Assembly: GCA_964558645.1 (NCBI GenBank)
Contig: CAZLEV010000002.1
Span: forward strand, 176,364 to 240,363
Direction of reading: 5' to 3'
Length of the DNA stretch: 64,000 nucleotides
From: an uncultured archaeon
GTDB taxonomy: Archaea; Asgardarchaeota; Thorarchaeia; Thorarchaeales; Thorarchaeaceae
Numbering within the stretch: position 1 is the stretch's first letter; each line of letters opens with the position of its first letter. This document shows, piece by piece, positions 48,001-56,495 of this stretch. The position numbers and the translations under genes are program-made. The notes under the pieces are model-generated. The model was not told the DNA's origin. It saw only the letters and a program-made list of their open reading frames with translations, and searched no databases.

Positions 48001-50704
48001 CAAATCGACCACCATAGTCATTGACACATTACCGCCAGTCACAACCGTACAGCTTGAGGGCGAGAGTACAGAGAGCGGGTGGTTTACATCAGAGGTCCTA
48101 GTGACACTATCCGCAACCGACACCGAATCGGGGGTGGAGCAAACTGCATACAGTTTCGATGGCGAGGCCTGGTTGGTATATGATTCACCCTTCACATTTT
48201 CCCTGCCCGGAGTTACAACTGTCTACTACAAATCCATAGATGTTGCTGGGAATACAGAGGTCACAAAGACTGTGGAGATACGGATAGATGGAACACCGCC
48301 GGAAACCTCCATAATACTGACTGGCGCCAAGGGATTGAATGAGTGGTATATCTCGGAAGTAGAGATCTCCCTCATCGCAACAGATGCAGAGGGATCACAG
48401 GTTGTAACCGCCTACAGTTTCGATGGAGAGAGCTGGATCATCTATACCGAGCCTTTCGTGATTTCAACTGAGGGACTCCATATCATCCATTACAACTCTA
48501 CCGATGAGGCAGGGAACGTCGAAGACACTGATACGGAGACCGTCCGAATAGACTTGACACGGCCGGAAGGAAGCATACATCTTATGGGCCAAGAGGGGAC
48601 GAGCGACTGGTATCTCTCGGACGTGGAAGTCACAATCATAGCCACAGATTCACCATCAGGCATCCTTCATGTACGGTACAGTCTGAACAATGGACCGTGG
48701 ATGGACTACAACGGACCCTTCACCATAACAACAGAGGGTTCCAATTGTGTGGAATGGGAGTTGGTTGACCGTGCCGGTTGGATGTTGAATGGCTCGTTCA
48801 GCGCGAGTATAGACAAGACTCCGCCAACTACATCTCTGAGCTACGAGCAGATAAGCGGCATGGGCTCGATTGTGAATCTGACCGCAATCGACTCTGTTTC
48901 AGGGCTGGCCGCCATCAGCTATAGTACAGATGGAGTCACTTGGTCAACATACTCGGAGCCCTTCCTTCTCAGCGAAGGGGGAATCGTGCCGGTCTACTTC
49001 AATGCGACAGATGTGGCTGGTAATGTAGAAGAGCCAAAGATGGGGCTTGTTGAGGTTGATGTCCTTCCACCGGAAACAAGCATCAGCCTTGATGGCGATC
49101 TCGGTCTGGACGGTTGGTACGTTTCTGACGTCATTGTGAGCCTATCTGCAGTTGATGATCTCATGGGTGTTGACCGGATTGCATATAGCTTCGATGGTCT
49201 GGTCTGGATCGAATACTCGAGTCCCTTTGTTATCACAGATGATGGCCTCACGGTCATCTACTTCAATGCAACTGATCTTGTGGGAAACATGGAGGACACC
49301 AAGACAGAGAAGGTTCGCATTGACAAGACTGCACCAACAACGACGCTCACAGTCTCACCAGAACCCTACGGTACGGATCCCATTTTCGTTACCACTCTCT
49401 CTGAGTTCGAGCTTGAAGCATTTGATAGTCTGCCGGGTTCAGGAGTGGAACGGACGGAGTATCGGATAGCTGAGGGTAGCTGGATTATCTACGACAGGCC
49501 ATTCGTTATGGACTCGATCGGGCAGTACGAACTTCATTACCGTAGTATCGATGTGGCGGGGAATGAGGAACGTGTTCAGTCAATCACTATCATCGTCAAC
49601 GGAACGTCAATCCACTATGTAGGGGAAACATCTGGGGTCTATTCAGATCCAGCACACTTGACGGCAACCCTTGTTGACCTCGCTTCGCAGTCTCCGATAG
49701 CGGGAGCCACTGTCTTCTTTTCGATAGGGAACCAAGTCGTCTCGGCCATCACTGATAGCGACGGCAGTGCAAGCGCAGTCCTCATACTTGAGCAACCAGC
49801 AGGGGTGTACACAGCCACGGCGCTGTTTGATGAGGGAGATGTCTATCTTGCTTCTTCAGACCAAACTGACTTCGTCATACATCGCGAGAGCGCTGAAGTA
49901 TACTACACAGGCTCGACTGTAGTACCCTCAACAGCGGAATCGATCTGGCTGAGAGCAACCGTATTTGATGATGACGACGGCTACTGGGGAGATCTGACAG
50001 CTGTATACGTGACATTCTGTATCTATCTCACGACAAACGATGAACTCTCCTTGTTACAGAGTGTCGGGCCATATGCAGTTGAAATGACCAGCATTGAGGG
50101 AGTAGGGACAGCGGTGGGAGAGATACCAAACCTTACAGAAGGCGAATATCTCGTTGTTGTCATCCTCGAAAAGGAGTATAACAGCTACTACGAAGCCCCC
50201 GACTCCGAGGGAGTCAGGGTTACTGTGTTCGAGCCGACCCGCGATTTTGTCACAGGGGGAGGGTGGATCTGGGACGAGAATGAACAACGAAGCCACTTTG
50301 CGTTCGTCATCCGATATGATAAGACAGGCGTGGCAAAGGGGCAGGTTGTTTATACCTATATAGAAGGTGATTGGTTACATATCGTCAAGAGCAGAGCGAT
50401 ATTGGGCCTTGCGATTGAGGAGGAGCATGCATTCTTCGAGGCAACGTGTTTTATCGTCAAATTGAACCTGCGAACCGGCTGCTTGATCTGGACCAATGAG
50501 GAGTACAGGCTCAGAATTGATGTCTGGGATAAAGGCAAACGTGGGAGAAACGATATCTTCCAGATTCGTATCCTTGATCCCAATGGCATAGTCTATCATG
50601 AAAACGGGTTCGATCCCAGTGGAAACCTTGGTGGAGGAAACATCACAATCCATTACAGCGGGAAGAACCAGATGCATTGCTGCAAAAGAAAGAAACGCAG
50701 ATGA
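45026..50704 (+). CDS. Giant secreted surface protein: signal peptide, two NosD-like right-handed beta-helix modules, nine tandem 88-aa Ig-like repeats, C-terminal beta-sandwich domains
   Basis: The ATG at 45026 (MGSKRNAFLFLAFVGVLTVLLSA) is preceded by ggagagagag. The beta-helix repeats (N.I..N..GI.L) each end in DYDGIGDTPY or DLNNDGIGDTPY. Repeat consensus: PPETS..L.G..G..GWY.S.V.VTL.A.D..SGV..I.YSFDG..W..Y..PF.....G...VYY.S.D.AGN.E..K. Confidence 0.85.
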   Translation: MGSKRNAFLFLAFVGVLTVLLSATPILSSTLDIRENDHWEYPVESNPESGYSVSDREQHSPITITGNSQFASMAQENGWPGSGAAGDPYVITGLEIDVGGEWGSCITIEATDVHFQISDCLLKGASIGDGYGEGCGIRLVDVQNGELRNNILPGNQIGIALGTPDQFSASTASSFIVIEGNDLSGSTEGIVVRGSSDNTIEDNTCNGCAFGIQVDHTYDAITEELVRSQRNIIRRNTIGFSSDVGIMVRISDQISITENVIRRGLGKGVSIQDVTNTALSENILLNNKVNAEFGIALSASTVDSNLWSDYDGVDADYDGIGDTPYTGPGFEDHHPRIWLSGYRLPLVIDGDSDLEERALGEGWGGDGSSSNPYVFENYRIEGSSDACVSINRLISKHVAIRSCHLSYGTSGIHIENVNTFVTVEQNTISETDHGVLLQADLSEPYAEPFANIVDNQFTNNGVGVFLSQAGCLMSFNIITGSRGFGVYAENSRNVDISDNRIAESESDGIHLYNVHEFSLSLNNCSANGGHGLVLEDCTGSVDPDGIGWLEQNILSYNEYGLYLGAGTADCGFRGNVVRGRTADAVDHGTGNIFQQNTWWGYTGVDLNNDGIGDTPYAFTGNHDPTPVFPLYWVTAPTDQQMETVEPFIYDLDAESSWPDLTWSINDTRFTVSNDGVIENATPLVEQFYPLEVTVEGGGVLSDTFTLAVVQDIEPPETTADVLGEMGLNGWYTSEVTVTLTAEDYPENTGLGVDYIEYHVEVSADTSGSGSSSSTTIKPATIAPFWQLYDGPILVGDEGAITVYFRAVDLAGNVEDTKSVTFYIDKSAPETSAALAGDFTSTMWYYTDVEVTLTATDAYSGVSSILYSFDGESWIVYTGPFVLTGDGTYTVYYYSIDMAGNVEETKSIGVGIDTEAPETSAGIEGVKGNQQYYLSEVTVTITASDATSGVDSIWYSFDQETWSLYDAPFTVTMEGETVFYYWAIDNAGNEEPIKSTTIVIDTLPPVTTVQLEGESTESGWFTSEVLVTLSATDTESGVEQTAYSFDGEAWLVYDSPFTFSLPGVTTVYYKSIDVAGNTEVTKTVEIRIDGTPPETSIILTGAKGLNEWYISEVEISLIATDAEGSQVVTAYSFDGESWIIYTEPFVISTEGLHIIHYNSTDEAGNVEDTDTETVRIDLTRPEGSIHLMGQEGTSDWYLSDVEVTIIATDSPSGILHVRYSLNNGPWMDYNGPFTITTEGSNCVEWELVDRAGWMLNGSFSASIDKTPPTTSLSYEQISGMGSIVNLTAIDSVSGLAAISYSTDGVTWSTYSEPFLLSEGGIVPVYFNATDVAGNVEEPKMGLVEVDVLPPETSISLDGDLGLDGWYVSDVIVSLSAVDDLMGVDRIAYSFDGLVWIEYSSPFVITDDGLTVIYFNATDLVGNMEDTKTEKVRIDKTAPTTTLTVSPEPYGTDPIFVTTLSEFELEAFDSLPGSGVERTEYRIAEGSWIIYDRPFVMDSIGQYELHYRSIDVAGNEERVQSITIIVNGTSIHYVGETSGVYSDPAHLTATLVDLASQSPIAGATVFFSIGNQVVSAITDSDGSASAVLILEQPAGVYTATALFDEGDVYLASSDQTDFVIHRESAEVYYTGSTVVPSTAESIWLRATVFDDDDGYWGDLTAVYVTFCIYLTTNDELSLLQSVGPYAVEMTSIEGVGTAVGEIPNLTEGEYLVVVILEKEYNSYYEAPDSEGVRVTVFEPTRDFVTGGGWIWDENEQRSHFAFVIRYDKTGVAKGQVVYTYIEGDWLHIVKSRAILGLAIEEEHAFFEATCFIVKLNLRTGCLIWTNEEYRLRIDVWDKGKRGRNDIFQIRILDPNGIVYHENGFDPSGNLGGGNITIHYSGKNQMHCCKRKKRR
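47150..49600 (+). repeat. Nine in-frame tandem coding repeats, period 264 bp
   Basis: The conserved Pro codon of the (P/A)PET motif lies at 47168, 47507, 47771, 48035, 48299, 48563, 48824, 49070 and 49334. The spacings are 339, 264, 264, 264, 264, 261, 246 and 264 bp. Confidence 0.9.
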
Positions 50705-50778
50705 TGCAGATTCGTCATGTCGGAGGCGAGTGTTCCTTCTGAGGAGTCAGAAAAGACCCAGCTCAGATGAGATATTGT

Positions 50779-51198
50779 CTATTCACCAATGACCTTAATC
50801 AAGACCCGCTTTGGTCTCCGTCCATCAAACTCTCCGTAGAAGATTGCCTCCCAAGGTCCGAGATCGAGCCGGCCATTGGTTATAGCAACAACCACTTCAC
50901 GACCCATGACCTGCCGTTTGAGATGGGCATCACCATTATCCTCTCCTGTACGGTTGTGTCGATACTGGCTGATGGGCTCATGGGGAGCGATTTCCTCAAG
51001 CCAGCGCTTATAGTCCTCATGTAGACCACTCTCGTTATCGTTGATGAAGACACTGGACGTTATGTGCATCGAATTCACAAGACAGAGTCCTTCTTGAACC
51101 TCACTCTCGGCAACAGCCTTCTGGACCTTCGGAGTTATGTGGACAAGATCCATGCGCTTTGGAACATTGAATGTTAGGTACTTTGTATGGCTTTTCAT
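50779..51198 (-). CDS. yjbQ: YjbQ/UPF0047 family protein (secondary thiamine-phosphate synthase-like)
   Basis: Full-length family pattern: ...[29 protein letters not shown]...AP....[14 protein letters not shown]....G. Confidence 0.85.
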   Translation of the reverse strand: MKSHTKYLTFNVPKRMDLVHITPKVQKAVAESEVQEGLCLVNSMHITSSVFINDNESGLHEDYKRWLEEIAPHEPISQYRHNRTGEDNGDAHLKRQVMGREVVVAITNGRLDLGPWEAIFYGEFDGRRPKRVLIKVIGE

Positions 51199-51356
51199 TG
51201 CACCTGCCCACTTGACCTTGTTCGTAAAAGACTTGTCAATTGCCTCAATCGATTGCGCAATACAGACCTGTCTCTATGTTGTCCACAATATCCCTATAAA
51301 GATTCAAAACGATAAGCAATACAGCGCTGCCTTCCACAGAGAAGGAATGAAAGGTG

Positions 51357-52463
51357 ATGAGGAGAAGTCCCCGCAGGCAATTCAAAGTCTGCCTGATAGG
51401 CGACGGTTATGTGGGCAAGACGTCAATCAGGCAGGAGTATCTGGGGAAGGGGTTTAAGGCAAGCTACATCCCCACCCTCGGAGTCGATTTCGCTCAGAAG
51501 TCGTTGATGTACGATGACAAAGAAACGCAACTTGTGATATGGGATATCGCAGGGCAGCCCCTCTTCAAGAGCCTCCGCCAGAAGTACTATCAGGGCTGCA
51601 GCGGCATAATCCTCGTTTATTCTGTTGTGGACAGGAGCTCCTTTGACAACGCCTCAAAGTGGCTTGTTGAGGCCTACGGCTTCATGGGAGAGCTCCCACC
51701 CATAATAGTAGCGGCAAACAAGATAGATCTGCGATCAAACCGGCCAGAAGACGAGATAGTCACTTATGAAGAGGGGAAAGTCTTCGCGGAGAAGTTCAGT
51801 CAGAAACTGAATGCACCGGCCATTTTCATAGAAACGTCTGCACTGACAGGGGAGAACATCGAAGAGGCGTTTCAAGAACTGACAGAAATGATGGTTGAGA
51901 GAGTCGAGAGGCGCCTCCAAGGACTCAGAGAAGAATCGGCATCGACGATGCCAGAACAGGCCGCAGATACTCAAACCAGAGCAGTTGAATCGACAGAGAC
52001 CTCTGCGTCAGGAGATTCAATGGGTTCGACCACTGCAAATACCGCACCCTCTGAGGCGGATTTTGACCCCGTGACCTCACTCATGAGCGACTCACCTCAT
52101 CTACAGGAAGAGCAGATTGGAGAACATATGAGCAGACTGCTCCAGTTGCGTAGTGAACTGAAGAGTGCAGAGGAAGAAATGGCACACCTCACCTCTCAGT
52201 ATGAAACTAGGCTCTTGGAACTCAGAAACACCGTCCATGTCAAGAAGCTGATGTATGAGCACCTCCAGACACAGATCAAGGAAACACGACAGGAGTGGTC
52301 TGATGCCTATGAGGAGTATGTGAAAATAGAGGAACACAAGAACAGAGAGATAACACGACGGGGTAAGCAGATCGAGAGCATCCGAAAAGAAATAGAGCGT
52401 ATAGGAAGGACAATAAGAACGAGGGTCGGCGACCTCGATCTGAGAAAGGTTACTGGGTCATAG
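51357..52463 (+). CDS. Ras/Rab-like small GTPase with a ~190-aa C-terminal linker plus coiled-coil extension
   Basis: G1 GDGYVGKTS, switch I YIPTLGVDF, G3 WDIAGQ, G4 NKID, G5 ETSAL. These are followed by an S/T/A/E-rich linker and heptad-rich sequence (LLQLRSELKSAEEEMAHLTSQYETRLLELRN...). The ATG at 51357 is preceded by aaggtg. Confidence 0.9.
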   Translation: MRRSPRRQFKVCLIGDGYVGKTSIRQEYLGKGFKASYIPTLGVDFAQKSLMYDDKETQLVIWDIAGQPLFKSLRQKYYQGCSGIILVYSVVDRSSFDNASKWLVEAYGFMGELPPIIVAANKIDLRSNRPEDEIVTYEEGKVFAEKFSQKLNAPAIFIETSALTGENIEEAFQELTEMMVERVERRLQGLREESASTMPEQAADTQTRAVESTETSASGDSMGSTTANTAPSEADFDPVTSLMSDSPHLQEEQIGEHMSRLLQLRSELKSAEEEMAHLTSQYETRLLELRNTVHVKKLMYEHLQTQIKETRQEWSDAYEEYVKIEEHKNREITRRGKQIESIRKEIERIGRTIRTRVGDLDLRKVTGS

Positions 52464-52693
52464 GACAGTTCACCGTTTCACTACGAACCATGCAATCACA
52501 CTGATAGAAGAGTGTGGTACTTCCGTGGAATAGCATACGAGCTTCTCTTTGAAACCTATATGGTGCTAGGGCAGACCCATTCTCGGTTCAACGCATGGAT
52601 CTATAGGAGATTCTATCATTCGTCTTAAAGGGGGGTCTCATTGATAACCAGGTTACTTGTGGCTGTCGATAACCTCTCACCGTGCATCAGAAT

Positions 52694-53449
52694 TCAAGTC
52701 CTGGCAACCAAGTAACGCAGCCACATATGCCCACTAAGATCCGTATGCGCCGATATAAGATTGAGCCGCGTTGGTAGCTCTCCTTCTTGGAGATCTGGCG
52801 AGTCGAACAGGCTCGGCGTATCAGTCCCTCCCACAAGACCCGGGACGATTTCGATGTTGACTTCATCAACCAGTCCAGCGCGAAGAAGTGCTCCATTGAG
52901 TTTCCCGCCTGGAGTCGCCAGTATGCATTCAACACCCAATAGCGAATGAAGCTTGTTGAACGTGGCATGCAGGTCAACATGACCATCCCCAGCAAGGAGG
53001 TAAGGGATTCCCTCTCGCTGGAGATAACCGAGGTACTCTCTGGGCGTATGATTACCAACCAGAATCAGGATATGCCATCCGGGCAGGTCATCGAAGGTCT
53101 TCGCCCATCCTCTCATTCTACCTCGGCCATCAACCGCCACACACCAGCCCCTCCGCTCTGGAGAATCAATGACTGAAGAGGGAAGAAAGTCCTGGTACAG
53201 GTCAGAATCTCCGATATCAGTCGAGGGCAGGGGTTCCGGTCTCCGATTCTCCGGAACAAAAGAACCACTTCCCTCCATTATTACGGTCGGCCTGTGGAGA
53301 GATATCAAATACTCTCTAACATTGATCTCGGGAGTTGATGTGATGGTTTCGAATCTATCGTCGCCATCGAACATAGTCTTATTCGGTGCTATTGCTACTC
53401 GTCCGTCTGCAGATGCAACCGTGTACGTTACTACTCGGGGTCGATCCAT
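52694..53449 (-). CDS. RibD C-terminal / dihydrofolate-reductase-like reductase domain protein
   Basis: VTYTVASADGRVA... and GGTDTPSLFD, the layout of pyrimidine-reductase-fold proteins. Confidence 0.55.
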   Translation of the reverse strand: MDRPRVVTYTVASADGRVAIAPNKTMFDGDDRFETITSTPEINVREYLISLHRPTVIMEGSGSFVPENRRPEPLPSTDIGDSDLYQDFLPSSVIDSPERRGWCVAVDGRGRMRGWAKTFDDLPGWHILILVGNHTPREYLGYLQREGIPYLLAGDGHVDLHATFNKLHSLLGVECILATPGGKLNGALLRAGLVDEVNIEIVPGLVGGTDTPSLFDSPDLQEGELPTRLNLISAHTDLSGHMWLRYLVART

Positions 53450-53636
53450 TCAAAACTAGCTCCATGTGCTTTCTATGGGGCATTTCGAGGAGAAATATAA
53501 TTCTGTTTCTCAGACACGACGAGCTTGACCACAACTGGGTGACGATTGGCGAATTACACAGCACTATCTCGTAAGAGATTGCGTATGAGGGTCGAAAAAG
53601 GTGGTCAAAAACCACACTGAGCAGTCTACGGGGCAT

Positions 53637-53830
53637 ACCAACAGCTACCGAAAACGTGGACAGAGTTGGGCATGTCAGCGCAGGAGTTTATGTGCTCCAG
53701 CCCATGAGAGCTGGTCATTTTCACAGTATCGCCGACCACGACAGAAACCACCCACTGCCGTGACCTGAGGGGACAACTCTCTAGTACCAAGTTTGCTCAA
53801 CATACAATGAACGGTTCTGAAGGGAAAGAG
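53637..53830 (+). repeat. Dispersed repeat copy B
   Basis: Aligns with the reverse complement of 19085..19355, and at its 5' end with 13983..14040. Confidence 0.75.
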
Positions 53831-53866
53831 TATTGAGATAGCTCCCCTGATTCTCGGTGATGAACC

Positions 53867-54184
53867 ATGTCCGAACAGGAACCAGAATCAACGAAAGTCA
53901 TTGCCGAACTTGTCATTGCGCCCTTTGGTGTAGGAACAAGTCTGAGCAAGTATGTTCGAGAGTCTGTCAGAGTCATCGATGAATTTCCTGGCATAAGAGT
54001 CCAACACACTCCCATGAGCTCAATCATCGAAGCAGACGATGTTGACAAGGTTCTAGCCGTGACCAAGGCGGCTCACGAGAGGATGTTCGAGGCGGGAGCC
54101 GAGAGAGTTTCCACCTTGCTTCGTATTGACGACAGAAGAGACAAGCCTCGTAGAATGGAGGATAAGGTGGAGTCTATATCGTAA
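53867..54184 (+). CDS. MTH1187/YkoF-family thiamine-binding protein (DUF77)
   Basis: VIAELVIAPFGVGTSLSKYV...HTPMSSIIEAD.VDKVL.V.K.AHE......AERV.T.LRIDDRRDK. Confidence 0.85.
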   Translation: MSEQEPESTKVIAELVIAPFGVGTSLSKYVRESVRVIDEFPGIRVQHTPMSSIIEADDVDKVLAVTKAAHERMFEAGAERVSTLLRIDDRRDKPRRMEDKVESIS

Positions 54185-54309
54185 GGCATGTAGGCTGCGA
54201 ATGTATACACCTTACATCTAGACATGGGTTGCTCTTGAAGAGGTAACCGGGAGTAGTTTCTCCACAGGAGCGAGAGACAGCGCTAACCGAGTAGCCTATA
54301 TCTTTGTGC

Positions 54310-54681
54310 ATGGAAGTAGATACCATGGTAGACAAAGAGGAAATCAAGACTGAGGATGACATCAGACGCGCCTTGAAAGGTTGGAGCGAGTTTGAGAAGG
54401 ATGTTCTCGTTATCACCTCACGGATACCCAAGGGAAAGGTGAGTACCTACGGTCGAATCGCAAAGATGATTGGTCGACCTAGAGCCTATCGTGCTGTTGC
54501 CAACACGCTACACAAGAACCCACTACATCCTGAACCTGTTCCCTGCCACAGAGTTGTCAAGGCCGACGGCGGCTTTGGCGGAGAAAGACAAGCAGCTGCG
54601 AAAAGGAGAAAGCGGGTTGAGGAAGAGGGAGTTCCCGTCGAGAATGACCGGGTCAAGATAAGTGAGGACATCCTATTCTAG
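54310..54681 (+). CDS. MGMT-family protein (methylated-DNA--protein-cysteine methyltransferase DNA-binding/active-site domain only)
   Basis: IPKGKVSTYGRIA...RAVANTL..NP....VPCHRVV; the active-site PCHR Cys is present. Confidence 0.8.
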   Translation: MEVDTMVDKEEIKTEDDIRRALKGWSEFEKDVLVITSRIPKGKVSTYGRIAKMIGRPRAYRAVANTLHKNPLHPEPVPCHRVVKADGGFGGERQAAAKRRKRVEEEGVPVENDRVKISEDILF

Positions 54682-54695
54682 AGACTAGTTGAGTA

Positions 54696-56495
54696 TCAAT
54701 GCTGGAAATAGGGGCTATCTATATCACTCTGGTCTTCGAATCCAACATCATCCAGCATGGAACCCATGGGTTGCGCACCACATGTCCACGATAAGCTGAC
54801 AGTTCCATCTTCCTTGAAATCAAGTACTACATCCGGAAGGTCACCGAAGAGATTATGGTCGGCCTCCAGTACATCCTGATAGGCACCAGTCAAGCCAATC
54901 AGAAAATAGCCAACCTCGGCAGGGTCGGCCACAGGTATGCCGGTGATCACTCTGTTCCTCGAACTCGTTATGAATCGATTGTCCTTGCTTAGTATCGGCT
55001 CATCAGGAGTGTGCCTAACGACAAAGGGAGAGATCTCCCCGTCACTGTCACAGGTCATGTCCACGAGCCGGACCGTTGCTGCAGGGTGTTTGTTGTGTCC
55101 AGAGAGAGGAATGACAGGAAAGTGCTGCTGAACAAAGACATGGTCGAGACAGCTGTTGAAGACACTGAAATTACCTATCGAAATATAGTCCGGCTGCATG
55201 ATCCAAGCGTAGAGATTCGCAGGCACGTGAATCCCTTTTTGCACAATACGTTTTCTAAGGATTGTCTTCAACAGAGTGACGAGTGTCTCGCGTTCAAGTA
55301 ACTCGTCTAAGTCTCCCGTGGGCGTATCTGGTTCAATGATCTCCCGCCAGATTGCATAGATAGCATCTTCACTCTGTGCTGCCTCAATCTTCTCTCTCCA
55401 ACGAGCCAAGAGGGGATCTGACAAGTCAATCTCGGGCAGAAGACGGCGGGTCTCAATCACTTCCACAAGTATCATCGAACTCTGTGCAGTGATGGCTCTC
55501 CCCGCCTCTGTCATGATGTCCGGGTGATCTTCTGCACCCTTCCGCTCACAGACATCCTGGATGGCTCTTAGAACCGTATTGAAATATACTGAAATGGGGT
55601 CCTTCGTAAAGAGACTCTCGTAATCAACCGGGATACCACCACCCAAGTCTATGGTATCGAGCGCCCTGTAGCCCCTCTCCTTGAGAGAGAAGAATACTTC
55701 GGCCATATATTTTCCAAAATCGTGCATGTTTGTCTCAAGGTTGGTCAGCTGCGAGCCAATGTGAGCGTGGATTGTCCGAACATCGTCAAGGAGGCTGTTC
55801 TCTCTGAGGATATCTGTCACTTCGAATAAATCCTGAACTGAGAGTCCGAACTTTGAATACCTACCGCCTGAGTGATGCCAGTGGCCGCTGGACTTGACGT
55901 ATGGTTTGACTCTAAGGGCCAAATCGATATCACCGGGTTCGAAGAAATCAACCGCCAGATGCACTTCAGGAATGCTTTCGAGACAGACAAGTACATTGTG
56001 TCCAGCTTCAGATGCCTTCTTGGAGATGGTGAAGTAGTCTCTGTCTTTAACCCCGTTGCAGAAAATCAACCGATTCTTGTCTTCGCCGATAGCCCTCACG
56101 ACCAAGAGCATTTCAGTCTTCGAGCCTGCTTCCAAGCCGTATCTGATGTCTGAGTTCAAGATGGTCCTGATGCAATCTACCTGCTGGTTAACCTTCACTG
56201 GGTAGAGAGGTTTGTACTCACCCTTGTACCCCTCTCTCAATCTATAGGACTCGAAGGCGTTGTTTAGTCTTCGAATCTTCATTGTTATGAATTGAGGAAC
56301 ACGGAGGGTGAAGGTAGAGGTATACCCCACTTCGGAGGAGTACTTACGGCGGACACGTTCTATCAAGTCTTGAAAAGGGAAGAGCCGGTCATCGAACTTG
56401 AGGCAGAGATTCCCGTCGGAATTGATGTCGAGGAAATCCAAGTCACCACGGCCAACACCATGTATGAACTTGGCGTCCTCAACAGACCACATCAT
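54696..56495 (-). CDS. speA: Biosynthetic arginine decarboxylase (PLP-dependent, Orn/DAP/Arg decarboxylase family 2)
   Basis: SpeA-type N-terminus (W....A.F.HGV..GDL.FLDIN..G), YPVKVNQQ (PLP Lys), HIGSQ and GGG.PVDY; 599 aa. Confidence 0.85.
   Translation of the reverse strand: MMWSVEDAKFIHGVGRGDLDFLDINSDGNLCLKFDDRLFPFQDLIERVRRKYSSEVGYTSTFTLRVPQFITMKIRRLNNAFESYRLREGYKGEYKPLYPVKVNQQVDCIRTILNSDIRYGLEAGSKTEMLLVVRAIGEDKNRLIFCNGVKDRDYFTISKKASEAGHNVLVCLESIPEVHLAVDFFEPGDIDLALRVKPYVKSSGHWHHSGGRYSKFGLSVQDLFEVTDILRENSLLDDVRTIHAHIGSQLTNLETNMHDFGKYMAEVFFSLKERGYRALDTIDLGGGIPVDYESLFTKDPISVYFNTVLRAIQDVCERKGAEDHPDIMTEAGRAITAQSSMILVEVIETRRLLPEIDLSDPLLARWREKIEAAQSEDAIYAIWREIIEPDTPTGDLDELLERETLVTLLKTILRKRIVQKGIHVPANLYAWIMQPDYISIGNFSVFNSCLDHVFVQQHFPVIPLSGHNKHPAATVRLVDMTCDSDGEISPFVVRHTPDEPILSKDNRFITSSRNRVITGIPVADPAEVGYFLIGLTGAYQDVLEADHNLFGDLPDVVLDFKEDGTVSLSWTCGAQPMGSMLDDVGFEDQSDIDSPYFQH

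Noticed and set aside
47150-49600. Regular 264-bp periodicity as a possible CRISPR array or satellite
   Set aside because: The period is far too long for CRISPR and the units are diverged. All lie in one continuous reading frame encoding a repeated Ig-like domain.
50677-50704. C-terminal CCKRKKRR as a eukaryote-like prenylation/polybasic membrane anchor
   Set aside because: There is no CaaX, CC-end or CxC-end arrangement because the cysteines are 6-7 residues from the end. The protein is also predicted to be exported, away from any cytosolic lipidation machinery.
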